From the NCBI GenBank assembly GCA_028534125.1, contig CM052818.1, positions 29,204,001 through 29,268,000 of the forward strand: a DNA stretch of 64,000 nucleotides, read 5' to 3'. Shown here piece by piece: positions 26,044 through 39,665 of this stretch; within the stretch, counting starts at the first letter, position 1; every line of letters starts with the position of its first letter. Made by a program: the position numbers and the translations under genes. A model generated the notes under the pieces. It was not told the DNA's origin. It worked only from the letters and a program-made list of their open reading frames with translations, and made no database searches. Source of the DNA: Lama glama (taxonomy: Eukaryota).

Positions 26044-26181
26044 CAAAATACTTATTGGTCTCACATAGATAGATATCCAGGTCTGAAAGAATTTTAAGGG
26101 CAGTTATCATCATTGGAAAAAGCATCGGAGATGCAGTCTGCTGAACTGGTTTACCCAACTCGAATAAGTCCTTTGGAGAAC
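26044..26181 (-). other. RASGRP3: Probable 5'UTR exon of RASGRP3 (138 nt)
   Basis: Polypyrimidine acceptor TTTCTTTCTGTTTTTTAATCAG| and consensus donor TTG|GTAAGT in unique sequence about 2.9 kb upstream of the ATG exon. Confidence 0.7.
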
Positions 26182-28039
26182 CTGATTAAAAAACAGAAAG
26201 AAATCCCCAGACAGAGTTAAATAGTAGAAATGCCAAATAATCCACATTGTGTTCAAGCATTTCCAAAAACCTTGAGTTATAAGTGTTTTTTGAGATTTTT
26301 GTCTAAATGTTACTCACAAAGTTAATCAAAAAGAGAATACATTCAAAACAGTTATTTGGTGTCATGCTATTTTAAAAATCAAATCATTAAAAAAATTTGA
26401 TCTGTGAAAAACCTACAAATGTGACAAAACCAAAATTTATACACATAGTGTAAAATACTATTGTAGCCCAAATATTCTATCAGTGAATTTCTCATTAAGA
26501 ATTTCCAAACACTGACTTTGGAATGTTAGTAAATCTCTAAAAGAGTTTGTTGTGGTGATCATCAAACTCTGACCCTAAATCACTCCCAACTGTCTCAACG
26601 TGAAGGTCAATGTTATTTTAGCCCAGGTTGTTTAGTCTCCTGATGCTTAGGACTTGCTTTTGTGTTGATAGATACTCTCTGGCTGCAGTGAAAATTATTG
26701 CTCCTCAGCATAAACATTTTCTCACAAGTCTGATAAGGACACAATAAGCTGAAATTCCCCTAGGGCTTGAATTATTCCTAAGAGAGAAGGTCTCATTTCA
26801 AAAAGGCAATAGAGTTCTGTTGGGTGTGATTTCCAAAGGCCATGATGTGTTCATGCAGCAAAAAGACTTTCATTAACATGACTGGCAGAGACTCTGTCTT
26901 CAAAAAATCCTTGTGAAGTTGTCTAAGACAATAAGAACTCTGCTCTCAATTTTGGCAATAGGGAAAAGGAGCCAATTCCATGTAACTGTACATGAACAGA
27001 TCTTAATTAGCACCCAGGCTCTTAACTCAGAACCTTTAGAGTTTTTACAAATTGGATTTCAACATTAGATAGACAAATGGGGAAAGTTTTACTACTTTGA
27101 GTAAAACCCCATTACTACTCTAAGGAAAATGCCATTAACACTGCTTACTTTACTAGATTGTTTAAGGAGCTGGTGAGGTAACATAAAATGTACCCACCGT
27201 CTCTCCTGCAAAACACGCCGGGAAGACGTGTCTCCCTTTGTCCACACTTCCTGTTCCCTCCCAGTATTTACAGGCTTTTAAGTTGAGGACATAAGGTGAA
27301 GTAGAGGATCAACGTTTAGATGTGACAGGAAGAGAGATGTTTGTTTAGAGAAGGGAGAAGGAAATAGGAGAAAAGTATACTGTGACACTAGGGCATCTAG
27401 CAGTGGGACAGGTGGCCTCACCGGCAGTGGAATCCCATTCCTGAAAGTGCTCAAGCCAAAGTAAAGTAATGCCTGTCAGAGATGCTGTAGACTAAATTCC
27501 CAGACAGTGTCTAGGAAATACGCCAAAATAACAGTAAAGGTTCCCCCTGGCTCTAGGATTACAGAATTTATAAGGTGAAATATTATATCTAGTAAGTATT
27601 CAAGAAATATTTGTGAACTGATATTGGCCATATTAGAACTTCTTAAGATAGTCTTGTCTACAGCATTACCTCTATTGTAAGAAAAAAACAGACAAAAACT
27701 CTTTGACTCTTCCCTCCTAATGGCATATATATAAATAACCATATGTGTGTCCCTGCACTCATTTGATCTTCATATGGAGACAAGGATGTTTCTCCAGATG
27801 CCTAAATCCTCTGTTAAGATGAGTGGTAATTATTACAAACCTTGAAGCCTTAAGGATTAACAATGGATGTGCCATAGCATTTGTTGTTCTGGCAACATTC
27901 AAGCTTAATTAATCTTTCTTCTTCACCACAGACATGAGATTTTAAAAGTGCTGTGATTATATTCTCTGAGACTCCACAGGAGATTATTGAGTTTCTCAGT
28001 AAGAGAAATAATACAACTATGAAAGATAATTAATTTTTT

Positions 28040-28915
28040 GACAAATAATTACTGAGCATCTATTAGATGCCAGATACCACGCAAGGTACTAGAATGGCTG
28101 ATAGAGGAGGCTGGAGGCAAGCAGACAGGATAAACTGGTGAGCAAGGCAGACACAGTTCTTGCTCTTATACTCTAGCAAAGAATTAAACAAATAATTACA
28201 GTAAACTATCCTATGAAGGTAGCAGGGCACTAATATAGTCTAGGAGCCAGAGGAGTTTTAGCTAGGCAAAGAATGTGTGGGAAGATGGCAATTAAGAGAA
28301 GTTAAAAGACATTTAGAATGACTGAAGTACTGAATGGGGAAAGAGATGACACTAAAAAGTCGTTAGGAGTAGCTCGTGAACAGTCCTGCAAGCTATATTA
28401 AGGAGTAGGGACTTTATTAGAAAGGGCAATAAGAAACCATTGTTTTAACGGTGAGTAAGGGAGTGGCATGATCAAATGTGGACTTTTAAAAGATCCCTCC
28501 AGCTGTAGTATGGAGAAAAGATTAGTAAAGACCTACACTAATGATGGGGAAGTCAGTTGGTAGCCAATTATAACCATCCAGGCAAGAGAAAATAGCTATC
28601 TGAACCAATGAGTGGCAATGGAGATGGAGAAAAGTGGTTGGTTACAGAATATTTTTTGAGGATAGATTCAGCAAGATTTGCTGGTCAGATGACTTTGGGG
28701 AATGAGCAGAAAGGAGAAACCAAGGATAATTTCCAGATTTCCAGCTAGATATTTGGTTGAGTTACGGAGCCATTCCCCCTGAGATTGGGAAATTGAAGGA
28801 AGAGGGAAGGAGTAGGAAGTAGGAGGGGCAAATGATTAACTCACTTTTGGACATTTTGAGTTAGGGATTCCTGAGATATCTTAAGGAGAATGTTGAGTTA
28901 GTTTCTGGATATCTG
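28040..28915 (-). mobile_element. L2 LINE fragment
   Basis: tactgagcatctatta...tttaaaagatccctccagctg...aatggagatggagaaaagtgg...ttttggacattttgagtt. Confidence 0.7.
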
Positions 28916-30862
28916 TTACAGACTCCTGAGTTGCCCAATCACGTTTAATTGCTAAGAATTAGTGGAAGGTGAAATTTAAGGGGCACGAAAAGAGAATTTA
29001 CATAGCAAAGGCTCTGGAAAGACAAGAATGATGGACTATGCACAGTGGAGAGATTTACTTTGATAAAGCAGAGGCTCACCTCTTTCAATGTAACAGCAGG
29101 AAAGGGGGAAAAAATGGGTACAGATACAGGAGTATATGTCCTTTTGATAACAGGAAGTCAAGAAAGTTCCTGTGTGGTGACTTCTATTTACTCTAAGAAG
29201 GAGACAAGGTCATTCCCTGGAAGGTCTCATGGAGACATGTCTGAGGTTTATCAAGAGGAGAAAATATACAAAATATACTGTGTAGAGCAGAAGAAAGAAA
29301 CCAGAAGCATTGGGATTATTTCCATCCAGAGTAGAAGGCTGATTTGTTTTGAGAGAAAGTTTAGTGTTCCTTGTTCCTTGGGTGAGATCACTCACTTGTG
29401 TCATGTTTCTAAAATTATTTAAGGTAACTTTTCTGGAACAAGTTATATGGTAACTTTCTTTTGTCTGGAGCAGGCAATTCTGAGTTTCTGCTGTTATAGT
29501 CTAGTCACATAAGTTTTCATAATTATGAACCTCAGAGCTAAATCATGGCTGGCATTGGCTTGGTGGTTTCCTCATGATGGCATGGATCCCTGCTCCAATT
29601 TCACTTAGCTTTGCTTGAAATGGAGAAAAGAAAGACAGACATGATTGGAAGTGAAATTATAATAAAGAAATAATTTACCTCCCACCCTTTTGACTTGCTC
29701 TGGGATATTTCTTTCCGGCAACTTCAGCCTCAGCCACTATTCCCATGTTCTCTACCCTCCTAGCCAGGATTTCTGTAGCTCTGACCCACTATGCACAATC
29801 TCCAATGCCCTCATTTTTTAATTATTTTTAAAAAGTTCACAAATCACAAGATATATTGCTTTTTTTTCTCAGTTCACTATTCACATTTGGCATTCTTTAG
29901 TTATTTCTGTGTTGGTCTTGTTTGATTTTTAATTTTCCTTCTCATTTCCTTCAATATCACCTCTCAGTTCTTTGAATTTATCTTCTCCAATCAGTTACAT
30001 TTGCCAGAGTCCTCTGTCATAGTCTCATTGCCAGTACTGTCAAAATTGATTCTATCACAAACCAACTGGGATAGTATGAACTTAGAAAATGAGTCCAATG
30101 CTTATAGCAAAGTTAAGACACCTCAAACGGACTGTGATAATGACCCATAGAAGAAAGTATCCCACATTTATGGATAGTGGAGCAATATCCCTGAAGTTTA
30201 TTTAAGACTGATTAGAGGGAATAGCCATGGATAATACTGTATTTCTCAGTTCTAAAGGTAGTTTTTTTTTTCATTCCTGGCTTAGATGGGTTTATTTAAT
30301 CTCACAATGAGGTTTTCCTGGGCTTTAAATTTGTATTTGTTATTGTTTGTTTATTTTTTCCTACAAAAAAAAAGCTCTTTTACTAATGGAGCGTTAATAA
30401 TCAACATTGTTCTGAATTTTAGAAAACAAAATAATAATAGCCTCTAGAAATAATTGTTGGCATATGTGATAGACATATTGTTGGGGAAATTATCTATATT
30501 ATGTTTAAATCTTATAACCCTGAAAGCTAAGTATTATTCTCCCCATTTCATAGAGGAAGAAATTGAGACCTGGAGAGGTTAAACTTCTTATTCATATCAT
30601 ATTACTAGTTATGTTGCAAAGCTAGGTCCATCTGACTCCAAAAATTTATGTATTTTTCCACTACCCAGACACATGTTAGCTGTTGTTATATCTTTCCTAT
30701 TAGATAAATTTCTAGGTATTGTCTGGAACAAATGTTTACTATTCCCTGTGCTTAGATTCTAAGCATTCTATCACTGGCCCTATTGTCTGAAAAATGAATA
30801 ACCATTATTATTACAGCAAGCTTGACAATTCAGGGACTCACTGGTACCAAACACTGAACAAC

Positions 30863-31741
30863 AAGTCAATAACCAGCTCAGAGCTCATCTCACAAGGCCT
30901 TGTTGCATTTTTCAGTAACAATTAGGTAACAAGATAAAACTGCATTTTATTTATTTTTTCTTGGTTAACAGCATTTAGTATTGACAACCAAACAAACATA
31001 TTTATGGCTACCTGACATGAATTGAATGAGAAATGAGTTTTGAAGAAGCTCTAGTAATAAATAAAATGAAATTCTAAAGTCCAACAAAGGAGGTGTTTTC
31101 CTAGCATTTGGCTGGGGCTGAACACAGAAGAGAACTTACTTACATAAGACATTTGCAATCAGAAGGTTTCTAGATGGACACATTCAACTACACAGAAAGG
31201 TTATGACCTACTATGGCAACTCCAGTGTTCAAATTGTAAATAATATCCCCAAAATAAGGCCCAGAACTAGGAAATGTTTAACTCATTAAATTTAATTAAA
31301 ATTTTAAACTTCAGGAAAATAGTTTTGTTTTAAATATCAATATTTTCTTCTCTTGAAGATGCCAATATTATATTCATAACTATTCTGTCTGTGGCACTAA
31401 TACTTGGAAGGACCTGGTTCCAAATCCCTTGAAATAAGGTCACATTTCCTCACCCTTTGATTGTTCATTTATTTCAGAGTGAGTTTGATGATGATAGTGA
31501 TGATGATGATACAGGAGAAGGAGGAGAATTAGGAAGAGGAAGAAGAGGAGGAGGAAGTCATCTTTTTGAGCGCTCCTGCGCCAGTCATTGTGCTGAGTGC
31601 TTTACCCAATGAGCTCTGGAAGGTCAGGCCCCACTCCAGAAATCCAGTAATGAATAAAACACAGCTAAACTTTGCTATTTAATTGTTACCAAAAAATGCA
31701 AGGACACCTTGTGAGGTGAGCTCTGAGCTGGTTATTGACTT
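30863..31741. repeat. Inverted repeat pair, cores 30863-30924 and 31680-31741
   Basis: 55/62 identity by manual alignment of one arm to the reverse complement of the other. Confidence 0.9.
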
Positions 31742-34469
31742 CCACTTAGTACTTGATACAAGCACTAACACACTCATGCCTGTGTACCCACCATGGGGAG
31801 GACATTTTCAATAACTGGCATGGGTTAAGTAAGACTCTGAAGCCAGAAGACAATCTTAGGGGATAGAGCCTACACAAAGGAGGCTCCATGGGAATGAAGA
31901 CACTACACAGAAAACCTCTAAGAAGCAAGAGAACATGAACAGAGGATACAGCCTAGAGGACAAAATCTGTCTCTCACCTACCACCACTTCGAGCTGGGGG
32001 TGAAGCTGCCTGTCTACGAAGGTTCTGGAATAGGATTTCAAAGCCTGCGTTCTAAGTTGCTATACAAGAATGCAGCAAGAAGCACTAATATAACGAAAGA
32101 TTGCCTTCAGAAGTATCCCCATTCTCTCAGAGAAAGGCACTATTTGGCTGAGCAAAAAAGCCAATGATTATTGAATACCCATTAAAAGTTAAGCACTGTG
32201 TTACAGGCTGAAGATGTAAAGAGCTGTTCACAGGGACTCACATCCCTGTGTGGAAGCAGAGTACAAACCAGTTATTATAAAATAATAAGCCTGTTAAGTC
32301 CAGTGTCAGAGATGCATGCTCAAGACGTAGGAGCGTAGGAACTGGACCAAATTCAACCTAAGAGATCTAGGAAGGCTTCCAGAAGGAGGATATACCCAAG
32401 AGTATTAAGTTTTATTATCACAAAACTAAAACAGAATACCAGCTAAATTCAGTGGTGTCAGACGGCAAAGTGGCTGGAAATACCTGAGCATGATTTCAGA
32501 ACTGCACAAGGGACAGATATCCCCAACCTGCTATCAAAACTCATCATCACATAAAAAAGAATAAGAACACACATAAGACAATATTTAGAATAAGAGCTGG
32601 TGAGAGTGAAATGATTGGGGTCAGGTAGGTATGCACTGAGTTCTGAACAGTTTTGGAATTAAAGAAAGGCATAAGTAAATAAATGTACTACAAAAAGATA
32701 GGGACTGTACAATGCTTTAGCATCATCATTCTTATTATTTATTTTATTTTCCCCAATTTCACCACTGACATTGATAAGCTTTAAAAACTGAGTCCCTTAA
32801 ACCATTTTGATGCTAATTTTTGTATACACAGATACAGATCTACTTGAAGATGTAATATGAATTTCTCTTTTTCAGGTGAAAGTGTAGTATGTTTATAGCA
32901 TTCTTTTATGGGATAGTAAAGTCTCAGTTTGAAATTACTTCTGAATCAGGGGTTTGGAGCTACACTTTTTATTGGAGCCAATTAAAAGTAAAATATAGTA
33001 ACCTCCCCAAAATGTATTTTTAATTATTTCTGTATTCTCAATTAAATTCACACAGCTTGAATGAAGCCCATAATTAGAAGACTCTCCTTACTGACTCTCT
33101 CATTCTCTTTTATTTCAGATTTTTCTCCTACAGCAAACGTTTCTTCCTTTCTCTAAACGGAAAACAAATCTCAAGAAGTGGTGACGTTTCGCTTGGTCCT
33201 ATGTAAGACCTTAGCTAATTTCGCCTTACTCCTGAAATCACAGTACATACAAACAAAAGAGAAAACATAAGTAACTAGAACATTTCAGAAGTATCTTCAG
33301 TCCCACTTAACTTCTCTAAGGTTCACTTTCATCATCCTTAACATGAGAAAAATAATATTACTCTGCCATTCTTATCAGAACAACAAAAAATTCATTTGCG
33401 AAGGTTTTAAGAGCATAAAACATGAGAAAAAAGGAAGTCCTAAAATTACGAAATGTTCCAAATTATATTTGAAAAGTCCTTATATAGGAATATATTTCCC
33501 CACTGGAACAATATTATAAATGGATTGCTAGTAGATTTACACATGGAGGACAAGGAGATTGGTGGGGATCTGTCAAAAATGCTACAAATAACTTTTGGAA
33601 TTCTCAAGAAGTTTAGCAGTTGATACCACTCGTTCCTTATATGCCAAACTAGCCTTCAGAAATTGTGTAACTCCTAGAAACATGAAACTGATGGGTATTT
33701 TTAGATTGAGAGAGACAGAGGAGGAGAGGAAGAAAAAGGGAGAGAAAGATAACTTCTCACAAAGTCACTGTTACGAAGTTAGAGGAGGCAAAGGAATGGG
33801 AATAAGAATTTTGTTGGTACGGTTATAAAAGAACAGAGGAATTGATGAATTGGAACTAAAGTGTTAGCAGTTTAGGTAAACATGAGGTGTCATTTCTGGC
33901 CCCAAACAAAAACAAACAGCAAACACTAGCCGTCTTTTGGCCATCTTGCCTGTCTCTCCAACCTTCACGGTCAAATAAAATTTGCTGGCTCGATTTTATC
34001 CCCTCTTCAGACCACCCAAATCAGTTCTCCCTCCACTTCCCACCCCCACACCTCTCCAAAACTACTCCAGTAGAGGTAACCGGGTTCTGGCAGAAGTTAT
34101 GCCACATGCTACCCCTTGACCCCACCCTCCCTAAAATTCTCCCCTCGGATGGTGTTCCTAGCACCTTCTCTTCCCTGATTTTCCTCCTATGCCTCTGGTC
34201 ACACATTCCCAGTCTGACATACAGGTTTGCAGGTCTCCATACCTGGCCTTTTTCTTTTGCTTCAAATGCTCAGTGTAAGCTCATCCACAACCACAGCTTC
34301 ACCCACCACCTCTGTGTTGGTGACACCAGTGTGGTGCATAGTAGAGGGCAGAGTGGGCTCTGAAGAGAGGCAGGCTTGAGATCACACCCTAGCTCTGCTC
34401 CTTACTAATGAATGACTTTGGGCAGGTTTTACTTAACTTTTGAGTAAGTTTTCATATCTTACTAGCATA

Positions 34470-35119
34470 CATTGCTAGTGGAAATGTAAAATGAGACAGC
34501 CACTTTGGAAAACAGTTTGGTAGTTCCTCAAAGACATAAACATCGAGTTACCAGATGGTCAAGCAAATTCACTCCTGCGTATACACCCAAGAGAACTGAA
34601 AACTTAGTGTCCACAAAACACTTGTACACAAATACTCATTTCAGTATTATTCAGAATAGTTCAAAAGTGGAAACAACCCAGATGTCCGTGAACTGGTGAA
34701 TGGAAAAACAAAATGAGGTGTATCTATACAGTGGAATATTATTTAGCCATAAAAAGAAAAGACATTGATACATGCTATAATAAGGATAAACCTAATCATT
34801 AAGTAAAAGAAGCCAGACACAAAAAAGGCTATATATTGTAAATTCCACTTATATGAAATGTCTGGAATAGGTAAATCCAATAGGTAGAGACAGATAGTAA
34901 ACTAGCAGTTGCCAGGGGCTGAGGGAAAGGAGGACTAGGGAGTGACTGCAAAGAGTTCAGGGTTTCTTTTTGAGGGTGATGAAGATGGTCTGGAATTTGA
35001 CTGTGGTAATTGCACAACCTTGTGAATACACTAAAAATCACTGACCTCTACTCTTAAAAAAAGTAGATTCTAATGGTATACGAGTTATATCTCTATTGAT
35101 TTTTTAATTAATTAAAAAA
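34470..35119 (+). mobile_element. L1 (L1MB-like) 3' end
   Basis: cattgctagtggaaatgtaaaatg...aagtggaaacaacccagatgtcc...gttgccaggggctgaggg; A-rich end. Confidence 0.85.
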
Positions 35120-35677
35120 TATGTTGTCTTCACTTTCCTAAACTACTATATCTCCTATATTTTCTTCCTCGATTTATGGCTCAAACTGCCTCCCAATATT
35201 CCATGCCAGAAACTTGGGACTCACCCTAGATTTCCTAGCACCTTCCTTCATCATCCCTCCATGTCCGAGTCTGATCATCTACCTCCTGATTGAATGTGAG
35301 GTGTGTGAGCATATACCTTCGCTTCTTTCCCTCTCCATTGCCACTCCTGGGTTCAAGATGTCATTACTTTCCCCCGGGCCACTGCGATGCTTACTTGTCA
35401 GGCTTCTAGACTGGCTCTCACTTCTTGTTTATCTCTCCTCTCCATTAGTGCCAAATCAGTCTTCCCAAATTATCAGATTGATCACATAACCCCTTTATTT
35501 AAAGTCCTTCTACCATTCCCAATTGGCTCAATCTAAAGTCCTTGCTTGGCATACAAAGCCTTTAATGAATGGCCCTGATTCTGCCCACCCACACCCTCAC
35601 TCCTCTTTACTCACCTCTGCTTTACCCAAAGCATGTTCTATTACTGTAAAATGAACTTCTTTTTCATAGTGCCCATG

Positions 35678-35840
35678 TGATATGGACTGAATGTTTGAGT
35701 CCCCTCAAATTCCTATGTTGAAACCCCAATCCCCAATCGGGGGGGGTCTTTGGAAGATAATTAACTCATGAGGGTGGTTTGTTGTTTAAGCCACCCAGTT
35801 TATGGCACTATTGTTAAAGCAGTCTGAACCGACTAAGACA
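35678..35840 (+). mobile_element. Internally deleted MLT1A-like MaLR LTR
   Basis: Start tgatatggactgaatgtt and end ttaagccacccagtttatgg...gactaagaca joined in about 160 bp. Confidence 0.75.
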
Positions 35841-36869
35841 TGATTTGCCTATATTGTTTCTTTTTTTAGAATGTCTCTCCTCCCCACAGTATGTCTGCTT
35901 GGCAATCACATACTCACTTCTCAAATGCCTACTTGAAATCTCCTCCTCCCTCCCAGCTCTTCCAGGCAGACTTTGGCACTCAGTGTACTGACTTCCTTTA
36001 GGCTTTGTGTGATTTATGTTACTGAATAGTTCTGTCTCCCCAGTAGTTTCTTAAGAACTAGACCCTGTCTTTTGTCTTTCTAGCTCCCAAAACAGAAGTA
36101 TGTCTGATATCTTTATATGGTTATTTTTCTCTGCCGTCTTATTCTTCCAACATGGTCTTCAAACTTTAAATTTATTTCTTCTCCAACTTTCCTCTCTAAT
36201 CTTATTCTTGTCTCGAACTTTTTTCTTTTGATTATTGAATAAATTTATTTCCTTTATATTAACATGCCTGTAATGGAATTTCAAGACCCATTTCTAGATT
36301 TTTAGTAGTACAGATTTATGTTAGAGAGAATAAAAGTATACCAAATACTTCTTCCAGTCATTTTCTTGTCTATTCAATACTTGTTTCTGTGCCAGACACT
36401 GTGATTAACACCATGGCAGAGGTACAAGTACGTAACAGGCACAGACTGTGATCTCAGAGGCCTCAGGGTCTAAAGAGGCGGCACACATCAACAGAAATTA
36501 CGATACAGGGCATTATGAGCGAGAAGTAAAAACAAGCTCTGACTCACAGAATTGAGCTGTGCCTTGCAGCATGAGTGAGGCTGCACTGAGCAGAGAAAAG
36601 AACACTGCATGCAGAGAGAAGGATGCTGAAAAAAAGCAGACAGATATGGAAACACAGGAATGCTAACAGAATGGTGCTGTCTTAAAATGAATTAAAGTAC
36701 CTACATGTTTATTCATTCACCCAACAAACATAGAGAGGGGGCTACCATGTTCTAAGCATCAGAACTGAAAGCCTCTGTGATGGTCCATGTGGCATAATCC
36801 AATGTAGTCCTTTCCTGTGGGTCTGTGTAGGCTTCACACGGTTTACTCCTTGAATGAGTTCTGAGTATA

Positions 36870-37112
36870 TAACTTAATGGTTAAGGGCCTGGACTTCAGA
36901 GCCAGACCATTGGGATCAAATTTGACTCTTACACTTTCTAGCTGTGTGGCCTTGAGCAAATTATTTAATCTTCCTATATCTCTGTATCTTTATCTGTATG
37001 GCAGGATAATAACAGTATCTCTGTTGGAGGGTTGTTATGAGAATTGAATGAGTGAATATAGGTAAAGTGTGTATTAACCCACACACAGAATATTCGCAGT
37101 AAATGTTAGCTA
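36870..37112 (+). mobile_element. MIR SINE, near full length
   Basis: aatggttaagggcctggacttcagagccagac...ctgtgtggccttgagcaaattatttaatc...taaatgttagctact. Confidence 0.85.
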
Positions 37113-37231
37113 CTATCATTGTTTTCCTGGCAAGTGACAAAAAGTGCCTTCTACCCAAGGGATATAATGATTCCTATTTATGTCATGTCTCTCAAACTCA
37201 GAAGTCACATATATCTATTTTGCAAAAGACT

Positions 37232-37335
37232 TGGGGGGAAAGTAAGGAAGGTGGGGGAGGAAGGGAGGGAGGGAAGAAGGAAGGAAGAAAAGGAAAAAGA
37301 GAAAAGGAAGAGAAGGAAAAAAAGGAGAAAGGCAG
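37232..37335. repeat. Purine-rich (GA/GGA) low-complexity tract
   Basis: ggggggaaagtaaggaaggtgggggaggaagggagggagggaagaagg... Confidence 0.9.
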
Positions 37336-38469
37336 CATAGGCTGGAAATTTGAGTTATGAATTGAGAACTAGTTTAAATACCATTTCTACCAACTGTGTC
37401 CTAGTCTCAAAAAATTTTTAAATGAAGATTCTGCTATCAACTTCCCTATTCTAATATTCATTATTTTTGGAGGATAGACCTAACTTCTCTAGATATGCAA
37501 ACCTATCTATTCAATTATATTTTTACTGATCAGTTACAATCTATTTTTTAAAGAGAGATTTATCAAGCACATACAGTAAGTACTTAAGGGGATACAAAGA
37601 CACGTACATGCCCCCAGAGAGGTTAGAGGCCAGGAGATTTCAGTAGATCCATACAGAAATGCCAGCAGTATCTTGTGTGTACCAATGAGTCATGGATGGG
37701 ATCCAAGTCTTCACACTGCATTCATTCTTCTGTGAAATGGAAATAAATGCGTGTCAGGTTACTAATACTTCAAAAACAATTCTTGAGAGTAGATATTGCA
37801 CAAAAACACTTCCACCAAAAGTTTTGCTGATGGATCCACTTGTCACAGAAGAATGTTGAAGAGTTGAAATAGTAAGTGAAACCAAGCTGGGCACTAAAAT
37901 TAGAACGAGAACCTCATCGGCTTCTGTGGTAATTTGCGGGGATTTCACAAATCTGCATATTCGCACAGTTTTATACCCTTGCCAATCTTTATCTCACCAC
38001 AATATCTCATCTTCAGTGACTTCTTTTTAACACTTGCTTCTAGTTTCTAGTCCAGGAAAATGGACATGTATTTATTTATTTGTTTAGATACTCTTTAACT
38101 ATTAATCATAAAAAAACCTGAAAGCATTCACCAAGGATTTAGGTAAAAAGATACTTCCTCACTACTAAGTGCAACACAAATTATTTATAGCATTTTTAAA
38201 ACAGAAAAATGCAAATGAAAATGTTTAAACCTCTCACTAACTTACTACTACATAATAATGTAGTAATACTTGGTTCGGGAGATAAAGGCAAAAACCCACC
38301 ATAAAAACATCAATGACTGTGGGAAAATACTGGACTACCTGAAGCCGTATCTACACTGAAAAATCAAGGAGTGCTCAAGACCCAAAATGTATTACCTTCA
38401 TGTATCTTAAACAATGTGAAGGGAGCCCAGATTTTGTAAAAGTGTTTTTTTTAAGTTAGTTATTGCACT

Positions 38470-38841
38470 TTATTATTATTTTTTAAATTTTATTTTATTG
38501 AGTTATAGTCAGTGTGCAATGCTGTGTCAATTTCCAGTGTACAGCACAATTTTTCAGTTATACATGAACGTACATATATTCATTGTCACATTCTTTTTCA
38601 CAGTGAGCTACCACAAGATATTGTATATATTTCCCTCTGCTATACAGTATATTCTTGTTTATCTATTCTATATACACCTGTCAGTATCTACAAATTTCGA
38701 ACTCCCAATCTGTCCCTTCCCACCCCACTCCCCCCTGGCAACCACAAGTTTGTATTCTATGTCTATGACTCTGTTTCTGTTTTTGTATTTATGTTCATTT
38801 GTCTTTTTTTTCTTTTTAATTCCACATATGAGTGATCTCAA
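38470..38841 (-). mobile_element. 5'-truncated L1 3'UTR, same family as 603-913
   Basis: T-rich tail followed by ttgagttatagtcagtgtgcaatgctgtgtcaatttc...ttccacatatgagtgat. Confidence 0.88.
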
Positions 38842-39429
38842 ATAGTAAAATTGTTTTTGTTTCTCAGGTATTCCAGTTTCTTTCCTAAAATCTAATGTTG
38901 CTTTCGGATACGGAGTTTTCAATTTGACAATGTGTTGTCCACAGAGTGCCAAACATCTGTTTTAAAAAGACTGGGAAATTCCTTGCATCATCTAGGTGTA
39001 TCCAAATCTCCATATCTTTATTATAATATGGAACAACCTGAGTCTTTCCAGTGAGTTTTTTTTACAGAGACCCATATTCACACCAAGATGACTGAACAGA
39101 TGCCATACTTGGCATCAGCAATATCTCACACAGATGTACTTGTGGGTCCTAACACAAAATCGTGCTTCCTGTAATAACCCAAGAACTCTGGCTCTGACGT
39201 GACAGCAATTAAATAGGAAGGTATAGTGGCTATATACACATTATAAATATTGTTCTTAAATGCCCTTCTCTTTTTGCATTTTCCCCTTTATTTGAAAGTC
39301 TAGAGACACACAAATAATAAACCACAAGTCTCAGTTTTTTCCTCCAAAGTGAAGATGATATAAGTTAACAAGTTCTTCGTCACCCAGCACCTACAGGTTA
39401 TAAAATAGTGACCTCCTAAACAGAGATCT

Positions 39430-39665
39430 AGCTCATAGACATATTTTTGGTTAGGTTCACACAGGACTGGCCATCACAAAGTTGTAGAAATTCTGAATTA
39501 CTTGCAAAAATGTACAAATCCAGATTTTCACCTTAAAAAAATCCAGTTTTCTAGATTTTTGTGGAAAAATCAGATCTGCTGGTTTTAGGGCTGCATCCCC
39601 ATGAGGCATCACCTGGCTGGAGCTGAGTGGCAACCACCTCCCAGTTCCCCAAATCTCCACTACCC
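39430..39665 (-). mobile_element. MER45B-like hAT element
   Basis: aaaaaatccagttttct...gaaaaatcagatctg...ggctggagctgagtggc; reverse orientation relative to the 8925 copy. Confidence 0.55.

Larger units (their letters stand above)
4163..26181 (-). other. RASGRP3: RASGRP3 gene, partial: probable 5'UTR exon plus first 10 coding exons (codons 1-426); gene continues past the left edge, first exon not identified
   Basis: Exons of 70,103,63,132,148,174,117,276,78,117 coding nt join in phase with no stops to give MGSSGLGKAATLDELL...NKHIRKLVE, matching RASGRP3 as I recall it; splice sites present at every junction. Confidence 0.97.
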
